NCBI GenBank assembly: GCA_002633005.1
Contig: NMRA01000334.1
Coordinates: forward strand, 124,001-188,000
DNA: 64,000 nt
Origin: Phoronis australis
Taxonomy: Eukaryota > Animalia > Phoronida
Reading direction: 5' to 3'
Shown: one piece after another, positions 26,266 through 39,326 of the stretch
How the letters are laid out: each line of letters opens with the position of its first letter
Position numbering within the stretch: position 1 is the stretch's first letter
Notes under the pieces: generated by a model
Told to the model about the DNA's origin: nothing
What the model saw: the letters and a program-made list of their open reading frames with translations, nothing else
The model's database searches: none
Program-made: the position numbers and the translations under genes

Positions 26266-26725
26266 ATGTCAGAAGCTTTTTTGTCAAATTATGCCTCACT
26301 GATTAAACCATCAAAGTCATGTTTTTATAAGTACCTTTTGAACATAGAATTACACCTTAGGAAGCCGTCAGTGTCTTTAACTCTTCCCAGTGCCAGCAAA
26401 CACTCCCGCAATCACACCTCTTTCTTGACCAGTCCTTCATTAAGTTGCTCAAATCAGCAACTGGCCATTTTCAACAGTGTGTGCATCAGGAAATACATCT
26501 TCTCCTGGCGCACACAGTGTTAAAAATGGAGTGAGTTGCCGAATTGGTCAACTGAATGAAGAACTGGTAAAAAAAAGGTTTGATTACGGGAGTATTTGTT
26601 AGAGTTGGAAGGAATTAAAGACATTGATGGCCTCCTAAGGTATCCGTCTATGCGCACAAGGTACTTGTAACAACTTGACTTTAATGTTTTAATTAGTGTG
26701 AGGCATAATTCACCAAAAAGCCTCT
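26266..26725. mobile_element. Fold-back element with about 125-bp imperfect inverted arms; related copies near 24180-24330 and 50490-50560
   Basis: aattatgcctcac..aagtacctt..accttaggaagccgtcagtgtctttaa mirrored by ttaaagacattgatggcctcctaagg..aaggtactt..gtgaggcataatt. Confidence 0.75.
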
Positions 26726-27738
26726 AGTGTATGAAGCTCCTATAGGAGCTTCACCATCCTAACGGTCACTTGAGACTGTCTACAGTGAGAGGAGAGCTTG
26801 GTTGATTGACACTGTGGCTATATCTATTACTGGTACTAGGAATTGTTGAATACCAGTTAAAGATTATCAAAATGTCAAATTATTGTTATGTTAGCATATG
26901 CTTTGGTGTGCAGTGTGAAACGGCTGAGTAAACTGTTACTGGTTTCAAAATAATAATTGTTATATTGCATGTAGTTTTGGAGTTGTTTGCGTTTAACAAG
27001 GGGTAGGTGATGCCACCTCATTTATCGACGAATTTCAATGACATCCAGGGTTGAAGAAACATTGTAATTATTCTCAAATATTTGTAAAAATGTTAAAAAA
27101 TTATGAAAAAATACATAACATGTTCAGAAAATAGTTCAAGAGTTATACGTTCAACGCATTTCTTTTAAGGGAAAATTTAGTAATTGTGACAGTGAGCAGA
27201 GGATAATTCTTTCTGTTATAGTGTTAAGATAGAATCAAAAATACTCTTTCGTCTTGAATGTAATCTACGTACATTCAGATTTATTTGACTGCAACATTTA
27301 CCGAGATTTGATGAGGTGGACAAAATGGTTTTCAGGAATTTTGTTCAGACTCACGATTTACATACCTTTGAAAAAACTGCTAATAATACGATTAATGCTG
27401 ATAAACATTGAAATTAGTTCTTTGATCTTGTTTTGACTCAGATATTCTGAACTCTGGAAGTATTATATGTTTGCAATGTTGGTGGGCCATGGACCTGTTA
27501 CATGAAATGAATTAATACTCTGAAGTTTAGAACTTCGAATGGATAAAATACTATGTATATGAAAAATGTAGGCTCAACACATATTATAAAAATCTTGTAG
27601 TACAAAGTTTTGATTAATGTTCTATTTTACTCTTTAGTCGCAAGGTTCACCTGTTAGAATTTAATTCCTGGCAACTTCCCACATGTTTGTTTTCACTGAC
27701 TCATGCATTTATAACCAGGCTGTTACTATCTGTTGTAG

Positions 27739-27885
27739 GAGTCTGATGACACTGTTGCCACTAATGGCGAGAATACCAGTAGTGAGAATGGCGATAGCTC
27801 AGCCATGCCTCCACTGTTTGAAGTGCACATATCTCAAGTCATGAAAGATGGGGAAAATGTTAACTTCACACTCAGTTCCAATAAG
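27739..27885 (+). CDS. SNX5/6/32-like PX-BAR sorting nexin, exon 2
   Basis: gtAG|ESDDTVATNGENTSSENGDSSAMPPLFEVHISQVMKDGENVNFTLSSNK|GTaccg; PX beta strands. Confidence 0.82.
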
Positions 27886-27965
27886 GTACCGTTTAATAAA
27901 GCACAAATCTTTGCCATGGCATTACTGTTTCTACTTATAGTGTGATGAGATGGTATTTCTTTAGA

Positions 27966-28128
27966 TGGGCTTGGTCAGTTGTATTGATGCATTATTATGT
28001 ACACTGTTTGTCTAATGTTGGGCTTGGTCAGTTGTATTGATGCATTATTATGTACACTGTTTGTCTAATGTTGGGCTTGGTCAGTTGTATTGATGCATTA
28101 TTATGTACACTGTTTGTCTAATGTTGGG
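27966..28128 (+). repeat. 53-bp tandem repeat x3
   Basis: tgggcttggtcagttgtattgatgcattattatgtacactgtttgtctaatgt at 27966, 28019, 28072. Confidence 0.97.
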
Positions 28129-29297
28129 GTTTTGGAATCACCTTGAATGCTCTTGTTTTTTGATGTCTCTTGAAAATGCTCAAAAATAAATCTCGTATGT
28201 TTGCAGTCTACATTGATTTCATAGGCGTACCTGGCTTACCATGTGACTGTCTAGGCAGTTACTTGGCCGTGTATGCCCCCATAAAAAGTTACTCATCTCA
28301 AAATTGGTGAATAACAGCGAATGAAACCTGCATTTCTTATATACACATTGAGTTGTTATTAACCATGACTCTGGAGACAATTTGGTCAGCATAATTTGAA
28401 CATGTCCTTGACAATCTGTCACAGGTAACTCGAGCTTCCTTCACTGGGTGCCATTTTGAGGAAGTTACGTGAAATCACACTAGTTCATGAATAAAAATCT
28501 CAAAGGATGCAAATCTTACAAATTCCAGCGAATATTTTCCCACGCTACTGCCCATTTAAATACACACTATGAACTTGACACAGACTGATGGGGAGTGTGG
28601 TGGCTCCTAGCCAGCCGGCCGCAGGGCTACGAGTTGCCTATTGACCATCATGACTCTTCCCAGCCACTACTGGTTAATATCCTCCCCTAGTTGCCAAATC
28701 CTCCTTACCTCGGTCTGGTTGCCACCTATTCCACCCCCTCCCCCCAGTCACTGCTGGTTTTCCCCCGCCCTTATTGTCTGTCCTTCCCTTTCCCGTATTT
28801 TTCAGTGCATGCTCTGGTACTGGAATTCTTTCTCTTTTTTGCCAGAATTTTCTCAAATTTTCACAACAATTTTGATTAAGGTGCCATTTATTTTGATAAA
28901 AGTTTCACCACAGTCTATTCTGTTGTTTCCTTAATCATTTAGTTGTTTCAGTATGAGATTACATATAGTACATATGACTTCATAAGAGTTTTAAGATGGC
29001 ACCATGCAATGAGAGCTATTAAAAATAAAATAATTCCAGGCGGACTGATACACATTGTTCCAGACCTGCGCAGGCCACTCGGGTGGGCCTATTGGTCTGA
29101 TTGCGTGGAACCATTTTTATGCTTTATTAATACAAAGTTAAAACGGAGCTGGGGTCCTGTAGACCTGACCCAAGGGTCTAGCAGTGTGTTCTAGGGGGAC
29201 ACCAACCCACAACCTTGAGCAAAGAAAGTGAAGATTATCCCACTAGGTCGCTCTGCGACCTTGAGATTAATTAATGAAGCTTGTCATTTGATTTCAG

Positions 29298-29396
29298 GTG
29301 AACAGCACAGACAAGTTCAATGTGAGGCGTCAATTTGAAGACTTTCTATGGCTTCATCATTGTATCACAGCACAGAATGAGATTGATGGTGTACTA
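29298..29396 (+). CDS. Sorting nexin exon 3 (PX)
   Basis: VNSTDKFNVRRQFEDFLWLHHCITAQNEIDGVL; PX V.R...DF.WLH motif; AG/GTaaga. Confidence 0.92.
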
Positions 29397-30865
29397 GTAA
29401 GAAAGACCTATGTTTTATATATTTTGTTTTTATGAAGTAATATTGAATCTTGTGACGTAAATAATTTTGATAAAAAATACCGTGCGCAAAAACCTTTCAT
29501 AGCCGATGTTTCAATAGAGTCGCGTGATCATCATCAGTATTAATGTCAAAAAGCATGAAACTTGTCTGAGTGATTCCATCTGAACATCCGTTTTATTATT
29601 CACTGTGAAAATATGGCCAATGAAAGACGAGGTTTTCTGCTATTAATATTTGGCCATGAATACCAGATTATGGTGTAAATTCATTCATTTACGACACACT
29701 GTTTAAGTTTGGATATCAAAATTAAGTCAGAAAAAGAATATTTTCATACTTAGTGTTTGGTTTTAAAGAAGGGTTGTTTTTTCACATAAAGCATATCCCT
29801 AATGTTTTTTCTTTTGATTTTCTGCTTTCTCATTTCTCATTTTTTCAAATTTACAGACAGTGCCCCAAATTGCTAGGAATTTTGTTTTTTAGTGTCAGAA
29901 AAAAGACTCACTGCAATAGTGTCTTGCAATCGTGTCTAAAATAATGGATTTGTAAAAGTCTACACTATGGGAAAACAGTGAGTCTGTGACACTTGTCTAA
30001 TTGAAACTAATTTTTTAATATTATTTGAAAATATCTTTCTGTTTCGCCAACTCTTCTACCACGAAAAATCTAATGTTTGTAAGAATATGTAAGACCTGCT
30101 ACATTTGACGAAATTCGTCAAAATCTACTGTGTCAGATTTCAGTAATCAGAATATTAAATAGACATAATGTGCGAGGTATAAAGAATCAATAAAATGCTC
30201 AGAGATGCGAACCTGTTAATGTGATTCACGATAATTTACGAACAGTAACTCTCCTGCTTCGCACCCCCTCATTTCTCACATCCATATTCATTTGGAAAGT
30301 TACAATTTGTTCCTCACTTATTTCGCAGAACTGGCAACTTGGTGGTAATTTCTCGCCTCACTTAATTCACTCACATTTAATTCTTCATTTTGGAAAATAT
30401 CAATGCAAAGCCCTAATGTTAACTGTGTTAATCAGATCTGAACACTGTATATTGACTAAATTAATTCATCTATTTACACGTGATACCGTTGTGTTCTTAG
30501 CGTTAGGTGAAAGTTAGAGTGTGTGTTTCACCAATGGTGGGATGAAGTACATTTATATTGGAATAACATAAAGTAACTTAATTTCTGTTAATTGGGTCAC
30601 GTTTGCAACTTGTAGGCCGCATTTCATTCAATTCGCACACGGGCAGTTAGCAGTGCATTGTTACTCAGTTAAACTTGCGCAGCTGTCGACTAGTAAATTA
30701 TTCCGTTTATTTGGGACACCCCACTATCAGTAAATTATATTTAATTTATTTTATGCGAAACAAGTGGAGAATTACTGTACGCAACTAGAAAACACTGGTG
30801 TGATTTCTGTGAATTTTGCTGCATGACATCTGAAGGTAAATAAATGCGTTTACATTGTGTTTCAG

Positions 30866-30996
30866 GTACCACCATTACCAGTTAAACCATTGATCGAGCC
30901 CAAGGGAGTGGAAGCAAAGTCTAAACAACAACTGGGAAAGGACTCCACAGTACTCATTGCGGACAAGTTTCACAATGATTGCAGACGCCACGAAAT
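30866..30996 (+). CDS. Sorting nexin exon 4 (PX, PPxP loop)
   Basis: VPPLPVKPLIEPKGVEAKSKQQLGKDSTVLIADKFHNDCRRHE; AG/GTaagt; phase 0 to 2. Confidence 0.9.
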
Positions 30997-31609
30997 GTAA
31001 GTTCCAGCACCAAGGTTTTAAATGTACTATAAATCTGCCCTCTGACAAAAATATTAATGGTAGGCCACTTATTGTTATAAATCTATGTACAAATTAAAAG
31101 TTGCAATTCATTACGGCATTCTCCTGTTCAGTGACTATCAGAGGTAGAGTGTTGTGAGCCTGTGGTAACATCTAGCTTCTTTGTTAACTGCCAAGCACAG
31201 TATTTTTTCTGGCTTATTACAGACCACGTTTGAACACAGTCTAACCCAGAGTGAATTGGTACATTCGGAAAAAATAAATTGTCGTAACTTTGGTTGTAGT
31301 TGGGCGATTTTGGCGATTCAAAAACTAAACATGATCAGCATTTGACAAGGATTTCAGAATGGTATTCGTTTATGTTAAAACTTAACTTTTATTTTTAACA
31401 GCACAGCCCAGTCAGGCTAAATACAATCTTATTGGAGATCAGAGCAATTATCGAACAAAAGAGAGCTGGCCCTCCAGCCATAAATGGAGTTAATCAGTTG
31501 TGTAAGATATTGGCTACAGGGGTCATCTTCCCAACTTGTTGGGCAATAGAATAAAAAGAGTTGGGAGCAACGGGAAAACGCTGTAATGACCTAATATACC
31601 CAATACAAT

Positions 31610-31668
31610 ACCAGCTGATGTTGGTGCACCAGCTGATGTTGGTGCACCAACAGATGTTGGTGCATCAG
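31610..31668 (+). repeat. 18-bp quasi-palindromic tandem repeat x3
   Basis: accagctgatgttggtgc repeated. Confidence 0.85.
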
Positions 31669-32270
31669 GTGTATGGTTTTTATATCATTTTTCGCCTCAC
31701 ATAATTTTACTTATCACGAAATCTCTATTTTTTATCCCTTGAAGAAAAATCAAAGTTATGTGAGGCTTACTTATACGCAAGAAATACGGTTATAAAGAGA
31801 ATAACGCTCCTTACAGACAACTAGTTAGGGACTATTGTGTTTTCATTAGGAGTCTTCTAAATACCTTCGTTAGATGATTCAGTTTCCACCTGGCCTACTG
31901 ATCCACTGTGTTGTGTTGCCAAACCTGCCTAGAGTAAACCTTTTATCAAAAATAGGAGACACCTTTTTTCAGACTTCTGTTATATGTTGGTGTGATTGTA
32001 AGTTGTTTGTAGTCAGCTGTGGCAAGTCTTTTCTGCTATTTTTTCACTTAATAAACTATTTCATTGATTTCTTATTCTTTCTTACTTTGAAAGTTTGAAG
32101 TTGGTCATTTTTGACTCGGTGCAACAGAGATCAACATAAATTTAAAACAGTTTATTTAAACCTGTCAACTACGGTTTGACGTAACCTTAAGTATCGACCA
32201 TCTTTGTTCAGATGAACTGCAAGTTGACGAGTTTGATCTTGGTAATCTTGACTGAATTTATTTTTATCAG

Positions 32271-32346
32271 ATATCTCAATCAGCTGATAAATCATCACAT
32301 GCTGGGAAGAGACAAAACGCTAGAAAAATTTTTGACTGAAAAGGAG
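32271..32346 (+). CDS. Sorting nexin exon 5 (PX end)
   Basis: (I)YLNQLINHHMLGRDKTLEKFLTEKE; AG/GTaagt; phase 2 to 0. Confidence 0.9.
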
Positions 32347-33578
32347 GTAAGTTCAACAATTTTTTTCCAAGCTTAACGCATAATACTATGCAAGAGGTAC
32401 GGGACTGGTGCGGTATCTATATGGAAGAAAGTAACTGAGACAAGAAGAGCAAAATAAGCAACCAAAACAATAAAACTGACAGAAAATCTTTCCAAAATTG
32501 CAAGTGTTTGTCTATTTGATAAGGGTTTACGGCAAGTGATATTTTACAGGGCTCCGACATCAATGAGTAAATGCTGGGAAATATGAGTGTAAAAGAAAAA
32601 TACGGGTAGAAAATTCACCTCATTCTTGTCAATGGTACGGGCAGCAAACACATGTTTGATATCAGATGGTTTTTTGCCACTTCCAGAAATACAAGTGGCA
32701 AATGTATTTTTGAGCGGACATTTTTGCCTGTGTTAAGTGCTGTTTTATATTGTCGAATTTCTTATTGAAATCAGTGTCGCGAGGAAGTGACTTCTTCACA
32801 TGTATGTTTTTACTATACATTTACCATTACAAAAAACTTTTGAGCATTTTTAACAAGTCGTGAAAAATTTGTAATTTTGACAGTTATTTTTCCGCGTGAA
32901 CTTGAGGCGAAATTATGGATCATAAGTGTAACAAAATCTCACCAATTTAGGACACAATATGGTGGTCAAGTGAAATTTGTTTTCTCATTTTCAATGAAAG
33001 ATGTGTATTTCTGCTCCTCACCTACCTTCTGTCAAGATTTTGAAAAATCGTGAACTTTCATGATAATATTGGAAGCCCTTGAAATATATATTATGTAAAT
33101 TTTGTTAATACGTTATTTTTGTCTGATGGTGAGACTTTACCATACATCACCTGTTCAGCTATATTGCACACAGCATTAACCTGACATGTGGATTTCCACT
33201 TTGTCAAAGTCCTCAACAAAAACGAACATTTTATGATATTAAGAAAATATCATTTCATGGATAACACAAAACTGTTAATAACTGTCAAATAATGGCACTT
33301 GGCAAACTTTCTTTGTTTGCAACAGAGCAGCCTGTCTTTAAAAGTTTGAAAAAACAAAATTTTTGCAAGTATTATTTTTGTGGGAAATAACTCAAGAATG
33401 GTCATACCATAATTGAATTGTGTTAATCTCTGATACTGACACTTGAACAAATATATTTAATGAATTAAAAAAATGAATATTTCTCTTTACAAAAACAGGA
33501 TAAAAAGTTTCACAGTTTGACCGTAATTTATCGCTATGTTTTGTGGCATTTTGTCAAAAAGTGCCTTTGATATTGCAG

Positions 33579-33662
33579 CCAGCAGTGAGAGCCAAGCTTA
33601 AGAAAGGCATTGTTAGTAAACTTACCTCAGCAGTAGAAGAGGTCAGGAAAGGAGGTCACAAG
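33579..33662 (+). CDS. Sorting nexin exon 6
   Basis: PAVRAKLKKGIVSKLTSAVEEVRKGGHK; gcAG/GTtagg. Confidence 0.85.
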
Positions 33663-34482
33663 GTTAGGGAAAGGTCACTTGAGAAGACAGTTGGATGTAG
33701 TTTGTTTTTATTCTGTTGATATTTATCTTACTGTTGTGCTGAAGTAAGTGTTCATTTTCTAAGATCAGATCTTGTGGTACTTTACGATGCATTTTGAAGT
33801 GAGTAGGTGAGTGTTGGTGTAATTAGTTCATTATCGTAGCTAGGCAACATAATTCTGTCTAAGTCTCAAAGTCGTTTTTCATGAAACAGATCAGTTCCCA
33901 GACTTTAATTGGCTCCACCCCTCCATTTTGATTGATGTGAATTCGTATCTGAATAATGATAAATGAGCATCAGTCTGGTTGTGATTCTAATAGACTAAGT
34001 ATAAAACCTCTTTTGATCATTTATCATTGCTCAGAAATAATAAATCATGTAAATATCAAAAAATTGATGATAAACCTTGCATGAAAAATATATCAACCAT
34101 AAAATTTGAATTGTGATCAACCATTTCATAATACCACATCATACCATTCATATTATATGGTTGGTATGATTTCATGTAAAATCTTTGATAATGAGTAATT
34201 GGGATCAATCTAAATTGCATGTTTAATTTATAATATATATTTAGTATTAATAAGTGAAAATTGATCTTTTCATAAATTTATTGATTTAAAGGTTAGACCA
34301 AATTGCTTGAGCATAAGAAAGGTAAACACTATACAAATGTAAGTTTTGACTCATCTAGTAAAGATTCAAACTATAAGATGAAAGTGTAATTTACTGGAAC
34401 TGGCAAAGGAAAAAAGGAATTAATTTTTTCAGTTCCAAATATGTTGTTTGAGTTAACCATAGAAAATTTTGTATGTTTTCAG

Positions 34483-34557
34483 GATATCGATGAACATTTC
34501 CAAAAGGAACGAGATTGGGCTAATGAGTACTCTGCTAACATGAAAGAAACATCTCGG
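34483..34557 (+). CDS. Sorting nexin exon 7 (BAR start)
   Basis: DIDEHFQKERDWANEYSANMKETSR, like SNX5/6 DVD.FFE.E+..L.EY...+K; AG/GTtagt. Confidence 0.9.
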
Positions 34558-36505
34558 GTTAGTTTTATTTGCTTTGCTTTGAAGAGTTTCGGATGTTGGT
34601 CCTTGGAGCAGTTTGGTATGGCAGCAGCCTGTCTTGTTCAAAAATTGATTTAATTCACAAGTGCTAACACACACGCTCGAGTTCTTGGCATGTTCGTTTA
34701 TTCTCTTGTGAGCAAGCACAGGACAAATTACCAAGAGTCGTCACAGTAAGATTGTTATATTTCGTGACTGGGACATGACCAGTCTCAAATATACCCATCT
34801 TCAATAGTCATATTTTTGTTTATTCATGTATGCATCCAATACATGCATAGCACAAGTTGTTAGGATTCTCACATGAGCACACTCGTGGGACCTCTCAAGT
34901 CTTGTGGACTTAAATGTTACTCAACAAGTAAATGACTCGTAGGAGTCCATGTATTGTGACAATTGTTCGCAATATTTGTATAACACGCATTTTTCTGTTT
35001 GTAATACTTTAAAGTTTCTGTTTTTAAGTATTCTATACAAGGCTTAAATGGATCAATCTCTGGCGATTGATATTATTCATAATTTGCCTTTAGTGCTTAT
35101 GCGTGCACCTTGTATTACAGTGTTTGTATTAATCAGATGACATGCACTGCCATGTTTTTCAATCAATTAGTGAAATCTCAGTGGTCTTGCAATTAAAATA
35201 CACTTAAGATTCCCACCCATTTGGGTTTAAAATCCTGTCTGTGCGAACTGGTAACCTCCAGACTATTGGAGGACTTTTTCTCGCTTCCTCATTGTGCTAA
35301 AATGCAACTGCAGGTCTTGAAAGATATACTTGTTGAATAATGCGGTACTCGGTTTTGATAACTGAACTGCATTTGGTGCAATCATAACTATACCGAAAAT
35401 TATTAATTTTCACCATTATTTGTATACCAAATTTGCAAACTAGGTGCCGTGTAGTAGATTGATGAGACAGTGTTTAATAAACACCCGTCCTTGCCAAAAT
35501 TTTCTATTGAACATTGGGCGCTGCATCTCATTTCCTAACTAGCAACTTCTTACTGGTTGGAATAACTGATAATAGTCACTTATTTTCAGGGCTTGAAATT
35601 TTCCTCTTTTAGGAGGATTTCATTTGTTTGGTTTCAATTTCCTCTTATTTGATTTCTATTTGTTTTCTTTTCTTCGTTATCATTATTTTGACTTTGTCCA
35701 TGCAAAAATGTTAATTCTGTTAGATTTTACAACACAAAAAACATTTCTACTACTGTCACAAGCCTATTTACTTGTGGGCGGATCCATCACCTGGAAAATT
35801 TTCCCCTTTTTGTCATTGGTTATTCCAAGCCCTGGAATATGTAACAGTTTTTGTCATTGGTCCTTCCATGCCTTGGAATATGTAACAGTTTGTGTCATTG
35901 GTTATACCAAGCCCTGGAATATGTAACAGTTTTTGTCATTGGTTATTCCAAGCCCTGTACCTTAGTGTGTGAGCTTTTATGATTGGCTTCTTTTGTTTGG
36001 GCATTAGGGAACAGATATGGTCAGAGTTAATGATAATCACTGCCTGTTCGTGACCATGTTATTTCTCGATCAGTTTAGACACTTCCGATAAAAGCTAAAC
36101 CTGAAAAGTCAACTAATTTGTCTTGTTCATCATTAAAACGGCAAGAATCTCCTAAATGCAAAAGAGGAAAGTGTATTGCAACTGCTGCTCCTTTGTTGAC
36201 ATGTCTCAATTATTGTGCACCCTGACTGAGCAACACATGGTGTGACTTGACTTGCATACTCCTCTGCACAATAGAGCACTTATCTGAGTGATCTCATTAC
36301 CACCAAAGAATGTGCAATGAAATTTGAATGTGGGAGGGTGTCATGACTGGTGGTATGGTGCATGTGTTGTCATACACTATTACTTTAACGTCTCACTTTC
36401 AATTCAAATATTTTGTGCTACAAACACGGTACTGCATTGGATTTTGATTATGATTTTTCCTGTGTACAAGTTAGTGTATTATCCATCATCAATTGTTGCT
36501 TTTAG

Positions 36506-36536
36506 AATTTCAACAAGATGGTTTACGCTCAACAAC
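36506..36536 (+). CDS. Sorting nexin exon 8 (copy A)
   Basis: ttttAG|NFNKMVYAQQ+c|GTaagt; 31 nt; phase 0 to 1. Confidence 0.8.
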
Positions 36537-37068
36537 GTAAGTAACACTTTTGTGGCCTTTTGCTACATTTCTATCTCTGTATTCAAAGTAAAATGACAAT
36601 AATATACAGATTTTTGAGATGGAGTCACAAAAATAACAGTTGCAGTTTTCTAAACATTGTCAAATACATGGCAATGGAATTTCACTCTGAGACTTATAAT
36701 TTTAAAAATTTGGTCCTTGATTGCCCATTACATTTCTAGCATAAGCATCTAATTTTCAGTTAACAGATTTAGCTTCACTTACTGGCGGTTGGGTCTAAAT
36801 ATGCGCTCATTATTTATAACTGTATTCCGTCTCTTATTTAGCACACTGTGTAGCGGACAGTTGAAATTTTATTTTGTTAGATTTTTCCACAAAAACGAAG
36901 ATTAAGGAAAATTTTTAGTGTATTATTTGCAGCTAGGTAATCAGCCTTTGGAAAATAAAATTTGCAATTTTTGGCAATTGTTGTATGAAATAATCGGGGA
37001 ATTTACCGTAGTTTGTGAAATATTTGAGATTGTGTTTTGTTTCCTCCGTTCATCATACTGTTTCACAG

Positions 37069-37165
37069 GACTTGCACTGGCTCACACTCACATGTGCACC
37101 GCTCTGGCACTAAACTTGTCCGCCAGTAACAACGCTGAAGACACGGACACCACCCTCATCAACAA
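37069..37165 (+). CDS. Sorting nexin exon 9 (copy A)
   Basis: cacAG|(R)LALAHTHMCTALALNLSASNNAEDTDTTLIN+aa|GTacgc; phase 1 to 2. Confidence 0.8.
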
Positions 37166-37862
37166 GTACGCGCAAGTACAGGGTATTTCCAAAAGTAGAT
37201 CTACCGTATTTGTTTGCGTTAATGGCCATGGTTGGCAAAACAATTGCCAGTCAGAATTTTTGGAATTTTCAATCCTAGAAACCCCTAATTGATTTTTCAC
37301 TCTCCTAATTTATGCGATGAGGATAAAGCACTGGTGACTGAATGGGCCTCTACTCTTTAAATGCACACAATCTGTTTATTTATGACTAATCAATAGTAAA
37401 TTATTTTCTGTAGTCTTTGCTGTGCGTTTTATTTGACTTTTCCAGAAAAATGGCTTGCTTAAATGCGTGCAATTCATTTGTTTTACACGAATACCTGTCC
37501 TTGAGTTTTCAAAACATTTAAGTTTTCCATTCAGTACTCTGGGTGTTAACAAATACGAATATGGTATAAATTTTAAAATCACTTCATTTCAAATTAAATC
37601 CATTTTTTAAATTCATGGTATTTTTATTCAAAACAAATGCATAATATGCTTTTTCACTATTTAAAAGCCTGTTTGTGACATAATATTGAACATAGGTTTT
37701 GGAGTTTTTGTAGCATTCTTTTGTGTTGTTTGAAGTAGTCATCTAATTTTGTTAATATTCAGAATGAAATATTGTGTTTCTCACCACAATCTAACTTCTG
37801 TTCAGGTTGGTCATTATCTACAAGCTTGAAGCAAAGTAAACTGTTTGCGTTTTGTTGTTCAG

Positions 37863-38494
37863 TTTTTATGCGCCCACATATTTATATGTGGACGCATTAT
37901 GCCGTCATCTCTGTCCGTCCGTCCATCCGTCCGTCCGGCCGTGCGGGCGGCGTCCGGCGTCCGCTGCTTTATCTCCAATACCTTTTGACATACGTTCATG
38001 AAATTTGGCACATATGTTCCATTCATGAATGGGACGGCATGTGCGAACTTTCGGACAGAGCCGACTACCGGTGTGCCCCCTAGTGGCAATTTTTGTTTTT
38101 TACGCTTACCTTTGTATCTTCAAAAGTCCTGAACGGATTTTCATGAAATTTGGTATGTAGGCACCTTTTAGTGAGATGACGCTGTCCTCCCGTTTTCAGA
38201 TGGATTTGACGTAGTTTGCGCCACCTAGTGGCCATTTTTAGTGTTTTTGAGTCTGTTTTTGTGCGTCCACCCCTCTATCAACCAAACCGCTCAAATGATG
38301 ATTGTGAAAATTGGCATGTATATGCTTACTATGTAGAGGACGGTTGACGATGATTTTCAGACGATTTGGACTACTGTGGCGCCTCCTAGTGACANCCTCT
38401 ACTGGCCACTTTATGGTACCAATAAACAACCCTAGAAGGATACCGTATGCGGTGCAATTGTGGGCGCATTTCAACGCTCCGCGTTGCTCTTGTT
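37863..38494 (+). mobile_element. Non-autonomous Helentron-associated element (HINE / DINE-1-like)
   Basis: T-run start; subterminal inverted repeats atgcgcccaca (37868-37878) / tgtgggcgcat (38459-38469); (ccgt)n microsatellite; internal subrepeats; 3' hairpin caacgc-tcc-gcgttg then ctcttgtt; inserted in T-runs with no short TSD. Confidence 0.85.
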
Positions 38495-39295
38495 TTCTTT
38501 TCTTCGTTATCATTATTTTGACTTTATCCATGCAAAAACGTTAATTCTGTTAGATTTTACAACACAAAAAAACATTTCTATTACTGTCACAAGCCTATTT
38601 ACTTGTGGGCGGATCCATCACCTGGAAAATTTTCCCCTTTTTGTCATTGGTTATTCCAAGCCCTGGAATATGTAACAGTTTTTGTCATTGGTCCTTCCAA
38701 GCCCTGGAATATGTAACAGTTTGTGTCATTGGTTATTCCAAGCCCTGTACCTTAGTGTGTGAGCTTTCATGATTGGCGTCTTTTGTTTGGGCATTAAGGA
38801 ACAGAGATGGTCAGAGTTAATGATAATCACTGCCCGTTCATGACCATGTTATTTCTCGATCAGTTTAGACACTGCCGATAAAAACTAAACCTGAAAAGTC
38901 AACTAACTTGTCTTGTTCATCATTAAAACGGCAAGAATCTCCTAAATGCAAAAGAGGAAAGTGTATTGCAGCTGCTGTTCCTTTGTTGACATGTCTCAAT
39001 TATTGTGCACCCTGACTGAGCAACACATGGTGTGACTTGACTTGCATACACCTCTGCACAATAGAGCACTTATCTGAGTGATCTCATTACCACCAAAGAA
39101 TGTGCAATGAAATTTGAATGTGTGAGGGTGTCATGTCTGGTGGTATGGTGCATGTGTTGTCATAAACTATCACTTTAACGTCTCACTTTCAATTCAAATA
39201 TTTTGTGCTACAAACACGGTACTGCGTTGGATTTTGATTAAGATTTTTCCTGTGTACAAGTTAGTGTATTATCCATGTTCAATTGTTGCTTTTAG

Positions 39296-39326
39296 AATTT
39301 CAACAAGATGGTTTATGCTCAACAAC
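39296..39326 (+). CDS. Sorting nexin exon 8 (copy B)
   Basis: Same peptide NFNKMVYAQQ; one synonymous change (tac to tat); intact splice sites. Confidence 0.8.

Larger units (their letters stand above)
35661..37867 (+). repeat. Copy A of a 2.2-kb tandem duplication containing sorting nexin exons 8-9
   Basis: Colinear and highly similar to 38491-40660; contains a 41-bp minisatellite of about 3.7 units (35807-35957). Confidence 0.97.

Noticed and set aside
29500-29548. Minus-strand minimal hammerhead ribozyme (ctgatga...gaaacatc), Penelope-like
   Set aside because: Core motifs are present but stems I and II pair poorly; at best a decayed relic. An Infernal search with hammerhead models would decide.
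36918-37292. 124-aa and 121-aa duplicated ORFs (also 39718-40083) as stand-alone genes
   Set aside because: They are exon 9 plus intronic read-through in the two duplicate copies.
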